Shown piece by piece: positions 40,188-48,497 of a stretch of DNA of 64,000 bases (position 1 is the first letter of the stretch; each line of letters begins with the position of its first letter). Source of the DNA: an uncultured Nitrospiraceae bacterium (GTDB taxonomy: Bacteria > Nitrospirota > Nitrospiria > Nitrospirales > Nitrospiraceae); contig CAVPLT010000004.1 in assembly GCA_963706325.1 (NCBI GenBank), positions 192,001-256,000 on the forward strand, in the 5' to 3' direction. The translations under genes were made by a program, and so were the position numbers. A model generated the notes under the pieces. That model had not been told where the DNA came from and searched no databases. It saw only the letters and a program-made list of their open reading frames with translations.

Positions 40188-41282
40188 TTGCCAGGGCCCG
40201 AACTTTCCATTATCGTCCCCACCTTCAACGAGCGGGACAATGTCGTCCGGCTTGTGGAGCTCCTGCAAAGCTGTCTGTCTGATGTGCAATGGGAGTTGAT
40301 CGTCGTTGATGACGATTCCCCGGACCACACCGCAGACCAGGTTCGCCTGTTAGCCAATTCAAACCATCGGGTGCGCTGTCTCCAGCGGATCGGACGGAGA
40401 GGCCTGTCCTCTGCTTGTATTGAAGGCATGCTTTCCAGCTCCGCGCCGTTCCTGGCGGTCATGGACGGTGATCTTCAGCATGACGAGCGACTGCTCGTGG
40501 ACATGCTCAGGCACTTGAAGCAGGGTGGATTCGATGTCGTCATCGGCAGTCGCTATGTGTCCGGCGGCAGCATCGGGGAATGGCAAGGCATTCGTGCGTT
40601 GACCAGCCGATGGGCTACGCTTTTGAGTCGCCCATTGGTTCCCCTTGGCCTGACAGATCCGATGAGCGGATTTTTTGCCTTGCGCCGTGAGGCCTTTGAA
40701 CAGCTCGTGCGAAGGACATCCGGGCTCGGATTTAAACTGCTGTTGGATTTTATGGCCTCATCACCTCGTCCCTTGAGGTTCAAAGAGCTGCCCTATGAGT
40801 TTAGAACGCGACAGGCCGGGGAGAGCAAAGTTGATAGCCAGGTAGCCTGGGACTATTTCATGCTACTCCTGGATAAATCGATCGGCCGATTTGTACCGGT
40901 GCGTCTCGTCACGTTCGCTTTGGTCGGCGGGTCCGGCGTTGTGATCCATTTCGCGGTGCTGCTGCTTCTCTATGAATGGTTGGCATGGCCGTTTACGTGG
41001 GGACAGGGAACGGCGACGGTAGCGGCGATGACGAGTAACTTCATCTTAAACAATGTGATCACCTATCGAGATCAGCGATTACGTGGCTGGCAGTGGCTGC
41101 GCGGGTGGGTCTCCTTCGTCCTGGTGTGCAGCCTAGGGGCCATCGGGAACGTGGGCGTGGCATCCTATTTGTTCGGCCAGGAGTACAATTGGGGATTGTC
41201 CGCGCTGGCAGGTATCCTGGTGGGAACGGTCTGGAACTATGCTGTGACGTCGTCCTACACCTGGAAAATTAAGACCCGGTAA
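40188..41282 (+). CDS. Polyprenol-phosphate glycosyltransferase (DPM1-like GT2) fused to GtrA flippase domain
   Basis: IIVPTFNE, VVDDDSPD, MDGDLQH, GSRY, DPMSGFF; C-terminal FALVGGSG..NFILNNVITY..WNY. Confidence 0.9.
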   Translation: MPGPELSIIVPTFNERDNVVRLVELLQSCLSDVQWELIVVDDDSPDHTADQVRLLANSNHRVRCLQRIGRRGLSSACIEGMLSSSAPFLAVMDGDLQHDERLLVDMLRHLKQGGFDVVIGSRYVSGGSIGEWQGIRALTSRWATLLSRPLVPLGLTDPMSGFFALRREAFEQLVRRTSGLGFKLLLDFMASSPRPLRFKELPYEFRTRQAGESKVDSQVAWDYFMLLLDKSIGRFVPVRLVTFALVGGSGVVIHFAVLLLLYEWLAWPFTWGQGTATVAAMTSNFILNNVITYRDQRLRGWQWLRGWVSFVLVCSLGAIGNVGVASYLFGQEYNWGLSALAGILVGTVWNYAVTSSYTWKIKTR

Positions 41283-41315
41283 TTATTCTCAACTGGTTGG
41301 TCTGCCTACCACTCC

Positions 41316-42881
41316 CTACGATTCTCGCCTTCCGGTCCGATAAAACTGGAACTCGTCCCCAGAACCGACTGGCGTAAAGTTTGCCGGGACAGGCGGCTTC
41401 AGCCGTTGACTCCGTCGTATCACCAAATAGTCGTATTGGGCTCCGATCCGGTCCCATGGAATGGGATCACCTTGAACAAGGAATTCTTCAATCGTCAGCA
41501 GGGGGCGGACAGCCGGAGTGAGTTGAATTGGTTGCTGCCCTGGTGCGGCAAAGAGGTTCGAGACGAAGAATGATCGCCGGAGAACCCCCCAGCAGGAGAG
41601 GTTGACCATAGGCATTGATTCAGGAATTCGTCCTTCCGCGGGAGAATACGCGTCAAAGGATGCAAGCTTGATAGCCGACAACAGACGGGTTCCCTCCGGC
41701 AGCTGGTCGAGCTGATGCACGAACTGGCGGTAGTGACGATCCGTTTCGCGCCAATGGTCCGTGATAGCGGCCATCCGGACTACAAACAACATGCCTAGTA
41801 TCAGTGCCAGCAGCGCAAGCCACCGTCTGGTCATCACCGGCCAATCAACACTCGCGAGGGCGAACAACACAAAAGCAATGGGCATTCGTATATCGACCAA
41901 CGCGGTAGTACCAATCGAACTGGGCATGGCCGCAGTCGCCAGTGCGAGGACACCCAGCGGAAGGTACATCGAGGGCAAGACGGAACAGCGGCGCCGCGCC
42001 AGCCCTACTCCCAGGAGAGCAAGCAGGATGAGCGCCGTGACGCGATCGAGCATCTGGTGCTCTGTGCGAACCGTGCCCTTCAGAGCTTCGAGCTTGGTAG
42101 CAAGGGGAAGAAAATCGACGACAGGCGGCTTTGACGGCCCTCTATACCAAAAGGGGTCATTGTCAGGATTGCCTTTGAAGCTAGGGGACAGTATGAGCAG
42201 GATGAGCGGCAGCACGACGGTGGGAAGCGCTTTCCACCAGGGTTTGACGAAGTCTGGAATACGTTCGCGACGATGGTTCCACCACTGGGCGAACTCGTAG
42301 GTCAGGAGCACCATCGCGAAGACGCCGAATGCAAAAAGATGGGCGAAGAACAAGACGGTGGTTATCAGTGAAAACAAAGGAATGACCAGAGCGGCGGAGC
42401 GGTCGCGTAGTCTCATCCAGAGTGCGCAGGCGAACAAGGCGAGACCGAGGCCAAACAGATAATTGAGAAATCCCCAGAGGAAGACACTGTTATAGAGAAA
42501 GAAGAACGCCAGCAGGGGCCAGGGCGACCAACGTCGGTGCAAAGCCCCATGGAAGGTTATCACGCCGCCTGCCAGCAATGCGAAGGTCAGTCCGATGAAG
42601 ACCTTGCCGGCGGTTTCGATTGTCATGAACCGGGTGAGCGGGGGCACCACCAAATCCATTGCGAGGTTCGGGAGAATGTTCCAATGGATCTCATAGAATT
42701 GGGTGAGCAACGGGGACCGGCCTGTGTCGGCCAGGATATGCATTCTGGCCATGTGGTTGGGATAGTCCACCAACGGAGGGATCTGGACCAGTACGACAGG
42801 GATCAATGCGATGCCGAGCAGAATGAGGGCTCCGATAAGAACTTGGAACAGAGGCGCTCTGGCGTGTGTAAAGGTCGCGAT
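41316..42881 (-). CDS. Polytopic GT-C-like membrane glycosyltransferase; apparent ATC start
   Basis: PPLVDYPNHMAR after first TM, PNLAMD, WGFLNYLFG, many TM helices; SD GAGGGG 6 nt before ATC at 42881. Confidence 0.7.
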   Translation of the reverse strand: MATFTHARAPLFQVLIGALILLGIALIPVVLVQIPPLVDYPNHMARMHILADTGRSPLLTQFYEIHWNILPNLAMDLVVPPLTRFMTIETAGKVFIGLTFALLAGGVITFHGALHRRWSPWPLLAFFFLYNSVFLWGFLNYLFGLGLALFACALWMRLRDRSAALVIPLFSLITTVLFFAHLFAFGVFAMVLLTYEFAQWWNHRRERIPDFVKPWWKALPTVVLPLILLILSPSFKGNPDNDPFWYRGPSKPPVVDFLPLATKLEALKGTVRTEHQMLDRVTALILLALLGVGLARRRCSVLPSMYLPLGVLALATAAMPSSIGTTALVDIRMPIAFVLFALASVDWPVMTRRWLALLALILGMLFVVRMAAITDHWRETDRHYRQFVHQLDQLPEGTRLLSAIKLASFDAYSPAEGRIPESMPMVNLSCWGVLRRSFFVSNLFAAPGQQPIQLTPAVRPLLTIEEFLVQGDPIPWDRIGAQYDYLVIRRSQRLKPPVPANFTPVGSGDEFQFYRTGRRES

Positions 42882-42976
42882 GGCCTACCCCTCAAAACAA
42901 GACGTATCGCTCTTGTAACGAAGAATGCGCGGTAAACGCAAGAATTTCGACGCTCACAGGAAGGGCAGGTCAACGA

Positions 42977-44227
42977 TTATTTGGCGGCGGTATCCCCGAG
43001 GCTCACGAATTGCCTGCGAAACCCAACGACTTTTGCCAGATAGTCACGGGTCTCTTGATAGGGAAGAGCGGTACGGAGGCGGTCATAGAGCGCGGCCGGT
43101 TGGAGCCCGTTAATTTGTTGCACGGCCGTGCGTTGGTCTTTGGAGAAGGTTTTGAATACATTACCGGCGCCCGTGTTATAGGCGGAGATGACACAGTATT
43201 CTCGTGAAACCAGATCCGTCACGTTGTCTAATTGAGAGTAGGTCAACACATTGAGGTAGGCCGCGCCCAGCTCAATGTTGTTTTCGGGATCGAAGAGATA
43301 GTCACGCGTGGGGGCCTTATCTTCGCCTTTGGCCTTACGATAGGCATCGCGCCCGCCGCTGGTGGGGACCAACTGCATCAAGCCGTACGCCGGCGCCGCA
43401 CTCACGGCAAATGGGTTGAAGTTGCTCTCCGTCCGAATGATGGCGAACACTAGGCTGGGACTGACCTGAAACCGCTCCGAAAACTGCCCCACGACGCCGC
43501 GATACTTCTCCGCTTGTTTGTGCGAGAAATTGGTGACCATCGGGATGTTGACGAGGTGGGCAGTCTTCTGCCCCCCATCTTGTTCGAGCGTACGCGTCGT
43601 TGGGCTTTTCGAGAGAAGCGCTTCGGCAAACTGTTCCGCTTCGGCCTGGGTTCGCACCGGTTTACCGGTCTTATCCAGTACCAGGCCGAGGAGATAGGGT
43701 TCCTTCTCTCCAGTCAGGCTGATTTCTTTATCCGTGAACAGGTCAACGCTACGGGGATCGTTGGGTGTCAGCAGGGTAGTGACTACGGCGTTTTTCAGGC
43801 TGGCTTGGGGGTTCTTGTCGTCAAGTGTTTCGATCAGAATGTTCCCTGCGTCGAAATCAACAATGGCTCGGCTGCGATAGTTTTGGGTATACTTAACGTA
43901 CGTCTTCTGCTCCGGCAGCTTGACCTCTTTAGTGCCCCACTTTTTGCCGACCTCTCCTGTCAAGGCCGCCATCAAGGCCTGGAAATCGCGTTGAATCGAG
44001 CGAAGGTCTCGCAGCAGGGCCTGAGGGTCTCGTCCATAATTCTCCATTCGTCGCCGCGCGATTACAGCGGGATCCTTGCCGCCCACGATATCCAGCACCG
44101 TTCTTCCGCTGTTGCTGCCGACGGCGCGCTCGGCGGCGCCGAGCATTTTGTCGGTCGTTTCGCAGCCGGAAAAGAACGTGAGGAGCATGAGACTGAAGAA
44201 CAGGCATGGCCATTGTCGGTTGATCAT
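42977..44227 (-). CDS. mltC: Membrane-bound lytic murein transglycosylase C
   Basis: Lipobox FSGC; YVKYTQNYRSRAIVDF (DUF3393); RTESNFNPFAVS, YGLMQ, ISAYNTG. Confidence 0.9.
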   Translation of the reverse strand: MINRQWPCLFFSLMLLTFFSGCETTDKMLGAAERAVGSNSGRTVLDIVGGKDPAVIARRRMENYGRDPQALLRDLRSIQRDFQALMAALTGEVGKKWGTKEVKLPEQKTYVKYTQNYRSRAIVDFDAGNILIETLDDKNPQASLKNAVVTTLLTPNDPRSVDLFTDKEISLTGEKEPYLLGLVLDKTGKPVRTQAEAEQFAEALLSKSPTTRTLEQDGGQKTAHLVNIPMVTNFSHKQAEKYRGVVGQFSERFQVSPSLVFAIIRTESNFNPFAVSAAPAYGLMQLVPTSGGRDAYRKAKGEDKAPTRDYLFDPENNIELGAAYLNVLTYSQLDNVTDLVSREYCVISAYNTGAGNVFKTFSKDQRTAVQQINGLQPAALYDRLRTALPYQETRDYLAKVVGFRRQFVSLGDTAAK

Positions 44228-44360
44228 GGCGGGAGTATACCGAAGGTTGCTCGGAGAGGAAAAGAAAATCTCTTAATGGGCATTGTTCGGCCTGCAAAAG
44301 ACACGAACACTGAGCTTAACCGACCAACGCTTGGATTGAGGGGCAGGTATATCCACGTGC

Positions 44361-44390
44361 TTGACGGGTGGTTTTATAGATCGGTACGAT
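44361..44390 (+). promoter_or_regulatory. Sigma-70 promoter of second mlaC-like gene
   Basis: TTGACG-N18-TACGAT. Confidence 0.5.
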
Positions 44391-44402
44391 ACTACGCGAT
44401 GA

Positions 44403-45104
44403 GTGGTGTGTGAGCGAAAGGTAGGGAGTATGGAGTGCAATTCTAGTGGCATGATGCCAAAGTGTCATCCCACAAGATGGCGCTGGAGTTACCCTGTCGT
44501 ATTCTGGTGTCTTGCCGTGATGCTGCCGGGGATTGCACAGGGGGAACCTTCCCTGTCCTCGCAGAGCTCCACGCTGGCTGTTCAACGCACCATGAACGAA
44601 ATCTTGTACATCCTCACGGAATTGAAGGATACCAGCCGGTCGACGCAACGCCTGTGGGAGATCGAGCAAGTCGTGCGCCGCTCATTCAATTATGAAGAGA
44701 TGGCTGAGCGCTCCATCGGAGAGGCATGGGATGGCCTGAGCGCAAACGAGCGTCGGCAATACGTTCGGCTCTTTGTGCAGTTGTTGCGCGACGAGGTGGC
44801 CGACAAACTTCGTGAATACTCTCCGAGGCAGGTTGCGTATGTCTCCGAAGAGGGGAATGATGAGGCGGCGCGGGTCATGACAGCGCCTGCGGGAGCGAAA
44901 GTTGATGCCAGGATTGAGTTTCAGGTGGTACGTCGATCCGGAGCGTGGATCATGAATGACTTGGTCTGCGATGGCGTCAGCATTGTAACAAACTACCGCA
45001 CCCAATTCGCGCGCATTATGCGTGAAGGCTCCTTTTTGGAACTGATGGAGCACATGAAGCAGCAGGCACTCCTGGCAAAAGTAACCGAAAAAGTCGATTC
45101 GTGA
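44403..45104 (+). CDS. mlaC: MlaC/Ttg2D family protein, second paralog (start uncertain)
   Basis: FNYEEMAERSIGEAW, YVRLFVQLL, WIMNDLVCDGVSIVTNYRTQFARI. Confidence 0.82.
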   Translation: MVCERKVGSMECNSSGMMPKCHPTRWRWSYPVVFWCLAVMLPGIAQGEPSLSSQSSTLAVQRTMNEILYILTELKDTSRSTQRLWEIEQVVRRSFNYEEMAERSIGEAWDGLSANERRQYVRLFVQLLRDEVADKLREYSPRQVAYVSEEGNDEAARVMTAPAGAKVDARIEFQVVRRSGAWIMNDLVCDGVSIVTNYRTQFARIMREGSFLELMEHMKQQALLAKVTEKVDS

Positions 45105-45157
45105 AGGGTCCTACTTCCTTGCGTCAAGAGAAGCCCATTCCGCCTTATCGCCGAAAT

Positions 45158-45940
45158 TTACGCAAGGGTCATGAATCCCACGAAATTGTCCTTATGAACC
45201 TGAATCAGGAGTTTTTGACGGTTGTTGACGCCGACTTTGTTGAAGATGCTCGTAAGGTGATGGCGTACGGTTATGTCGGAAATGGACAACCTATCTGCAA
45301 TGCCTTTGTTGGAAAGGCCCTGTCCAACTAAGGCGACAATCTCCCGCTCGCGGTCGGTCAGGGTCCCCTGCCATTTCAGTAACGATGGCTTCGCCTCTCC
45401 GATGATCCCGCCCGTTCCAACCATCTCCGATCGGCCCGTGTCGCTGCGTTGAGAAACCACCGTCTCAGTCGGGAGCCGACTGACGTGGTCGATGGTCACA
45501 AGTAGGACTGCCGCCGGCTGCGTATTCAGCACAATGCCGTCTACATTGGACGACAGGGTCTGCAAAACGTGGAGGTTGTCTTCAATGTCGCTCAAGACAA
45601 TAACTCTCGCCGTTGGGACGGATGATTTCATTTTCCGGACCAGTCCCAGGATATCGACCTCAGGCGTGAGCTCGATGATGATCACCTGAGGTTTCTCTCG
45701 CGCGATGAGTTCCTCCGCTTTCACCGCGCTCGTCGTTGCTGTGAGGAGCGTGATGTAGGGTGCAGCTTTGATGGCTGTCTGCAGGCCGAGTCGCACGAGG
45801 TGATTGTTGCTCACGAGCGCCACTGTAATCGTGGGAGGGCTTGGTTGAAGCCCTTTCATCGTGCTACCAGAAGATTTCTCCATGACATCAGTGGGTGTTC
45901 TGAGTTCCGTTCGAGAAGAGGTCGACATGCTGGTGACCAT
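45158..45940 (-). CDS. LuxR/NarL-type regulator with pseudo-receiver domain (start uncertain)
   Basis: LTDREREIVALVGQGLSNKGIADRLSISDITVRHHL HTH; receiver fold lacking DD, phospho-Asp and Lys. Confidence 0.88.
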   Translation of the reverse strand: MVTSMSTSSRTELRTPTDVMEKSSGSTMKGLQPSPPTITVALVSNNHLVRLGLQTAIKAAPYITLLTATTSAVKAEELIAREKPQVIIIELTPEVDILGLVRKMKSSVPTARVIVLSDIEDNLHVLQTLSSNVDGIVLNTQPAAVLLVTIDHVSRLPTETVVSQRSDTGRSEMVGTGGIIGEAKPSLLKWQGTLTDREREIVALVGQGLSNKGIADRLSISDITVRHHLTSIFNKVGVNNRQKLLIQVHKDNFVGFMTLA

Positions 45941-45947
45941 CCTTCTG

Positions 45948-46409
45948 TCAGCCCACAGGCGCAACCTGTGACCCCGGTGAGACCCCGGAGGAATTCAACG
46001 CCTGCCGTCGGCAATACTCATAACAGCTTGAAAGGACCAGGTCCCCTGAGGGCCGCACAGTGCCACATGCCTGTCCCATCAGCAGCGCCCACTCGGCGAC
46101 ATAGGTTGCCAGTTGGACCGGTGTCAGTCCTTGTACTCTGAAGAGATTCAACGCGATCGTCGAGAGCACGACCTTGAGATAGGAGAGGGAGGGCCCATAG
46201 CTGAAGACATATTCATGCTGCCCGGTAAATAGAAGCTGCAGCCCTTCTTGCGCCTTCAAGCCAAAGTGGCCGCAGCGGCCACAACGCATACTCTTTAGGC
46301 CTGTAGTGGCATCATCGATGCCACGGTGGTCTGGTTGCATGAATTGTTGACAGTCAGGTTTCGGACACAGGGTCATCTCTCTCTCCGTGAATGCGGTTGT
46401 GATTGCCAT
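45948..46409 (-). CDS. Hypothetical protein with N-terminal zinc ribbon
   Basis: CPKPDC..RCGRCGH; co-directional and tightly packed with neighbours. Confidence 0.6.
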   Translation of the reverse strand: MAITTAFTEREMTLCPKPDCQQFMQPDHRGIDDATTGLKSMRCGRCGHFGLKAQEGLQLLFTGQHEYVFSYGPSLSYLKVVLSTIALNLFRVQGLTPVQLATYVAEWALLMGQACGTVRPSGDLVLSSCYEYCRRQALNSSGVSPGSQVAPVG

Positions 46410-46427
46410 GTAGCCGGTTGGGCGATT

Positions 46428-46736
46428 TTACGCCGAGGGCGAGAGGCGATCAGCGCCTCGCTTGCCGGCAATTCTTGGCTGTGTGGCGGTCATTCGTTCT
46501 GCCTCTAGCCAATCTTGTTTATCATGGCCGTCCCGCCGTCCTCGTTGCAGGTAGAGTTCATACGCCAGCTCCTTAATGCGTGTACGGATTTCGTTGGTTG
46601 CAACGCCATGGCCGTTCTCGTGCGGCACCGCCCGACCCTCCTCCTTGTTCTCCTGTTTCGGGGCAGTCGTGGGGGCGAGGGATCGTCCCTGTTGCCCTTT
46701 AGTCTCCGAAGTTGTGTTGGTCCGCTGTCGTGACAT
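46428..46736 (-). CDS. DUF2934 domain protein
   Basis: RIKELAYELYLQRGRRDGHDKQDWLEAER; SD AAGGAG. Confidence 0.88.
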   Translation of the reverse strand: MSRQRTNTTSETKGQQGRSLAPTTAPKQENKEEGRAVPHENGHGVATNEIRTRIKELAYELYLQRGRRDGHDKQDWLEAERMTATQPRIAGKRGADRLSPSA

Positions 46737-46788
46737 GAGTGACGTCTCCTTGGATTGTGTCCTTTACATTTACATTGCGAGCGCCACC

Positions 46789-47196
46789 TCAGAGCAGCCG
46801 CGCGCAAGGTATGCCGAGTTTTGTTTGAAGAAGCTCCACCACTCGAGTGGGTGGGGCAATAGTCGTGCGGTCTTCGGTTGTGCAATGCGGCCTCGCAGGC
46901 AAGGTATCTTGACCCGGCTTGGTCAGCATAAGCATCGGTGCCTGCGGGCAAAGGGCTTTCACGGTTTCTAACGTGTCAGTCCCCTGGCCTCCGAACGTGT
47001 CCTCGTGGGAGTCAGCGCGGAGCAGGATGGCCCCTGGCTGCAACTCCCCGAGATCGTCGATCATGGACTCTAGACTCCGGACAAGAATCGCTTGGTAACC
47101 GCCGGTGGCTAGGCAATCAGCAAGTTCGAGTCCGAACTTCCACTCAGGATCGACAATCATGACCTTAGTTCTGGCCGTCGGGTGGGGACTGTTCAT
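46789..47196 (-). CDS. Stand-alone atypical receiver-like protein
   Basis: KVMIVDPE..LATGGYQA..QPGAILLR..APMLMLT; Arg at the phospho-acceptor position. Confidence 0.65.
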   Translation of the reverse strand: MNSPHPTARTKVMIVDPEWKFGLELADCLATGGYQAILVRSLESMIDDLGELQPGAILLRADSHEDTFGGQGTDTLETVKALCPQAPMLMLTKPGQDTLPARPHCTTEDRTTIAPPTRVVELLQTKLGIPCARLL

Positions 47197-47277
47197 GTTC
47201 TGTTCCTTTCTTTTTCCAGTTTCCGGACCGGGACGGGCACCCCCCCCCATGCGATCCTGGGGAACGCGTGTGATCGG

Positions 47278-47550
47278 CTACGGCCTGCTGCAGCTTCTCA
47301 GGGCTTCCGATTCGCCCAGGTTGGGATCGGGAGGGCGAGCTGCAGGCCGATGCGTCAGGGATAACCTGTACTCGAAGCGATGGAAGTGTTGCAGTGTGAC
47401 CGTTCCCTCCCGCGAGAGCTCGTCAATCGCCGCAAACACCTGGTTCCATGTGCAGGATGAAATTTTGAGGATGAGTGTCTCCAAGGCGCAGGGACCATGC
47501 TCTTCCAAATGCCGGACAATGAGTGACACTGTTTCCCGATTGTCAGTCAT
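47278..47550 (-). CDS. Small winged-helix-like hypothetical protein
   Basis: IVRHLEEHGPCALETL..TWNQVFAAIDELSREGTVTL..YRLSL; SD GGAGAG. Confidence 0.7.
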   Translation of the reverse strand: MTDNRETVSLIVRHLEEHGPCALETLILKISSCTWNQVFAAIDELSREGTVTLQHFHRFEYRLSLTHRPAARPPDPNLGESEALRSCSRP

Positions 47551-47787
47551 GAAATCTCTCCGATCCTTACTGCTCCCTGACAATCCCATCGGGGATTGCT
47601 CTGAATAAGCGGCCTCACTTGGCGCTTTTGATGGGCTATATGTACTAGGAAGGAAGGGTGCGCACCATCGCCCTTCGCACAGATCACCCGTAGCCGTTTT
47701 GGCGAGTTTATGCGTCGACGTTTATGCTACGAAGAACGCAGTTGGCGACGAAATGCGAAGACAGTCACGAGAAGCGGGGGAGGGAGC

Positions 47788-48429
47788 TTATTTGATCAGT
47801 CGGTTCACGAGCCGATTATTGAGCGCGTAATGCGTCAACTCCGTGTTGTTCTTGAGTTGCATCTTTTCAAGAATTCGCGCTCGATAGGTATTGACGGTGC
47901 TGATACTGACGCATAAATCCTCGGCAATGTCCTTCAGGCTTTTTCCGACGGCAATGAGGCACATGACTTGATATTCGCGATCCGATAGTTGTTCATGCAG
48001 CGGTTTTTCCAAATCACTTTCTAGGTTCAATGCTAACAATTCGGCCACCGCTGGGCTCACGAATTTTCCGCCGCTGAGGATTTTTTTGATGGCTCGTACC
48101 AATTCATTGGGGGCGCTGTCTTTCGACAAATAGCCGGACGCTCCCGCTTTCAACATGCGGAGCGCCAATTGATCCTCTGGGTAGGCGCTCAGCACAAGCA
48201 CGGGAAGTTTCGGGTGCAGATGCTTCAGTTCCTTGAGCGCTTCCAGTCCGCTTTTCCCGGGCATACCCACATCCAGGATGACGATATTCCAGTGTCTCTT
48301 CTGAGCTTGCTCGATCATCTCCTCGGCATTTTGAGACTCACCGATGACTGAACACTCAAAGTGTTCCGTCAGGATCTGTTTGACTCCGTGTCGCACCACC
48401 GCATGATCGTCGACGATTAATATTTTCAT
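47788..48429 (-). CDS. NarL/UvrY-type response regulator
   Basis: MKILIVDDHAVVR, ILDVGMPG, GYLSK, LSDREYQV LuxR HTH. Confidence 0.95.
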   Translation of the reverse strand: MKILIVDDHAVVRHGVKQILTEHFECSVIGESQNAEEMIEQAQKRHWNIVILDVGMPGKSGLEALKELKHLHPKLPVLVLSAYPEDQLALRMLKAGASGYLSKDSAPNELVRAIKKILSGGKFVSPAVAELLALNLESDLEKPLHEQLSDREYQVMCLIAVGKSLKDIAEDLCVSISTVNTYRARILEKMQLKNNTELTHYALNNRLVNRLIK

Positions 48430-48497
48430 GGCCGCTGTCCTACGTCGTCGATGTTCGTCAACCCTTCGGCCCTGTGGCGCGGGGGGATAGGCTCCCT

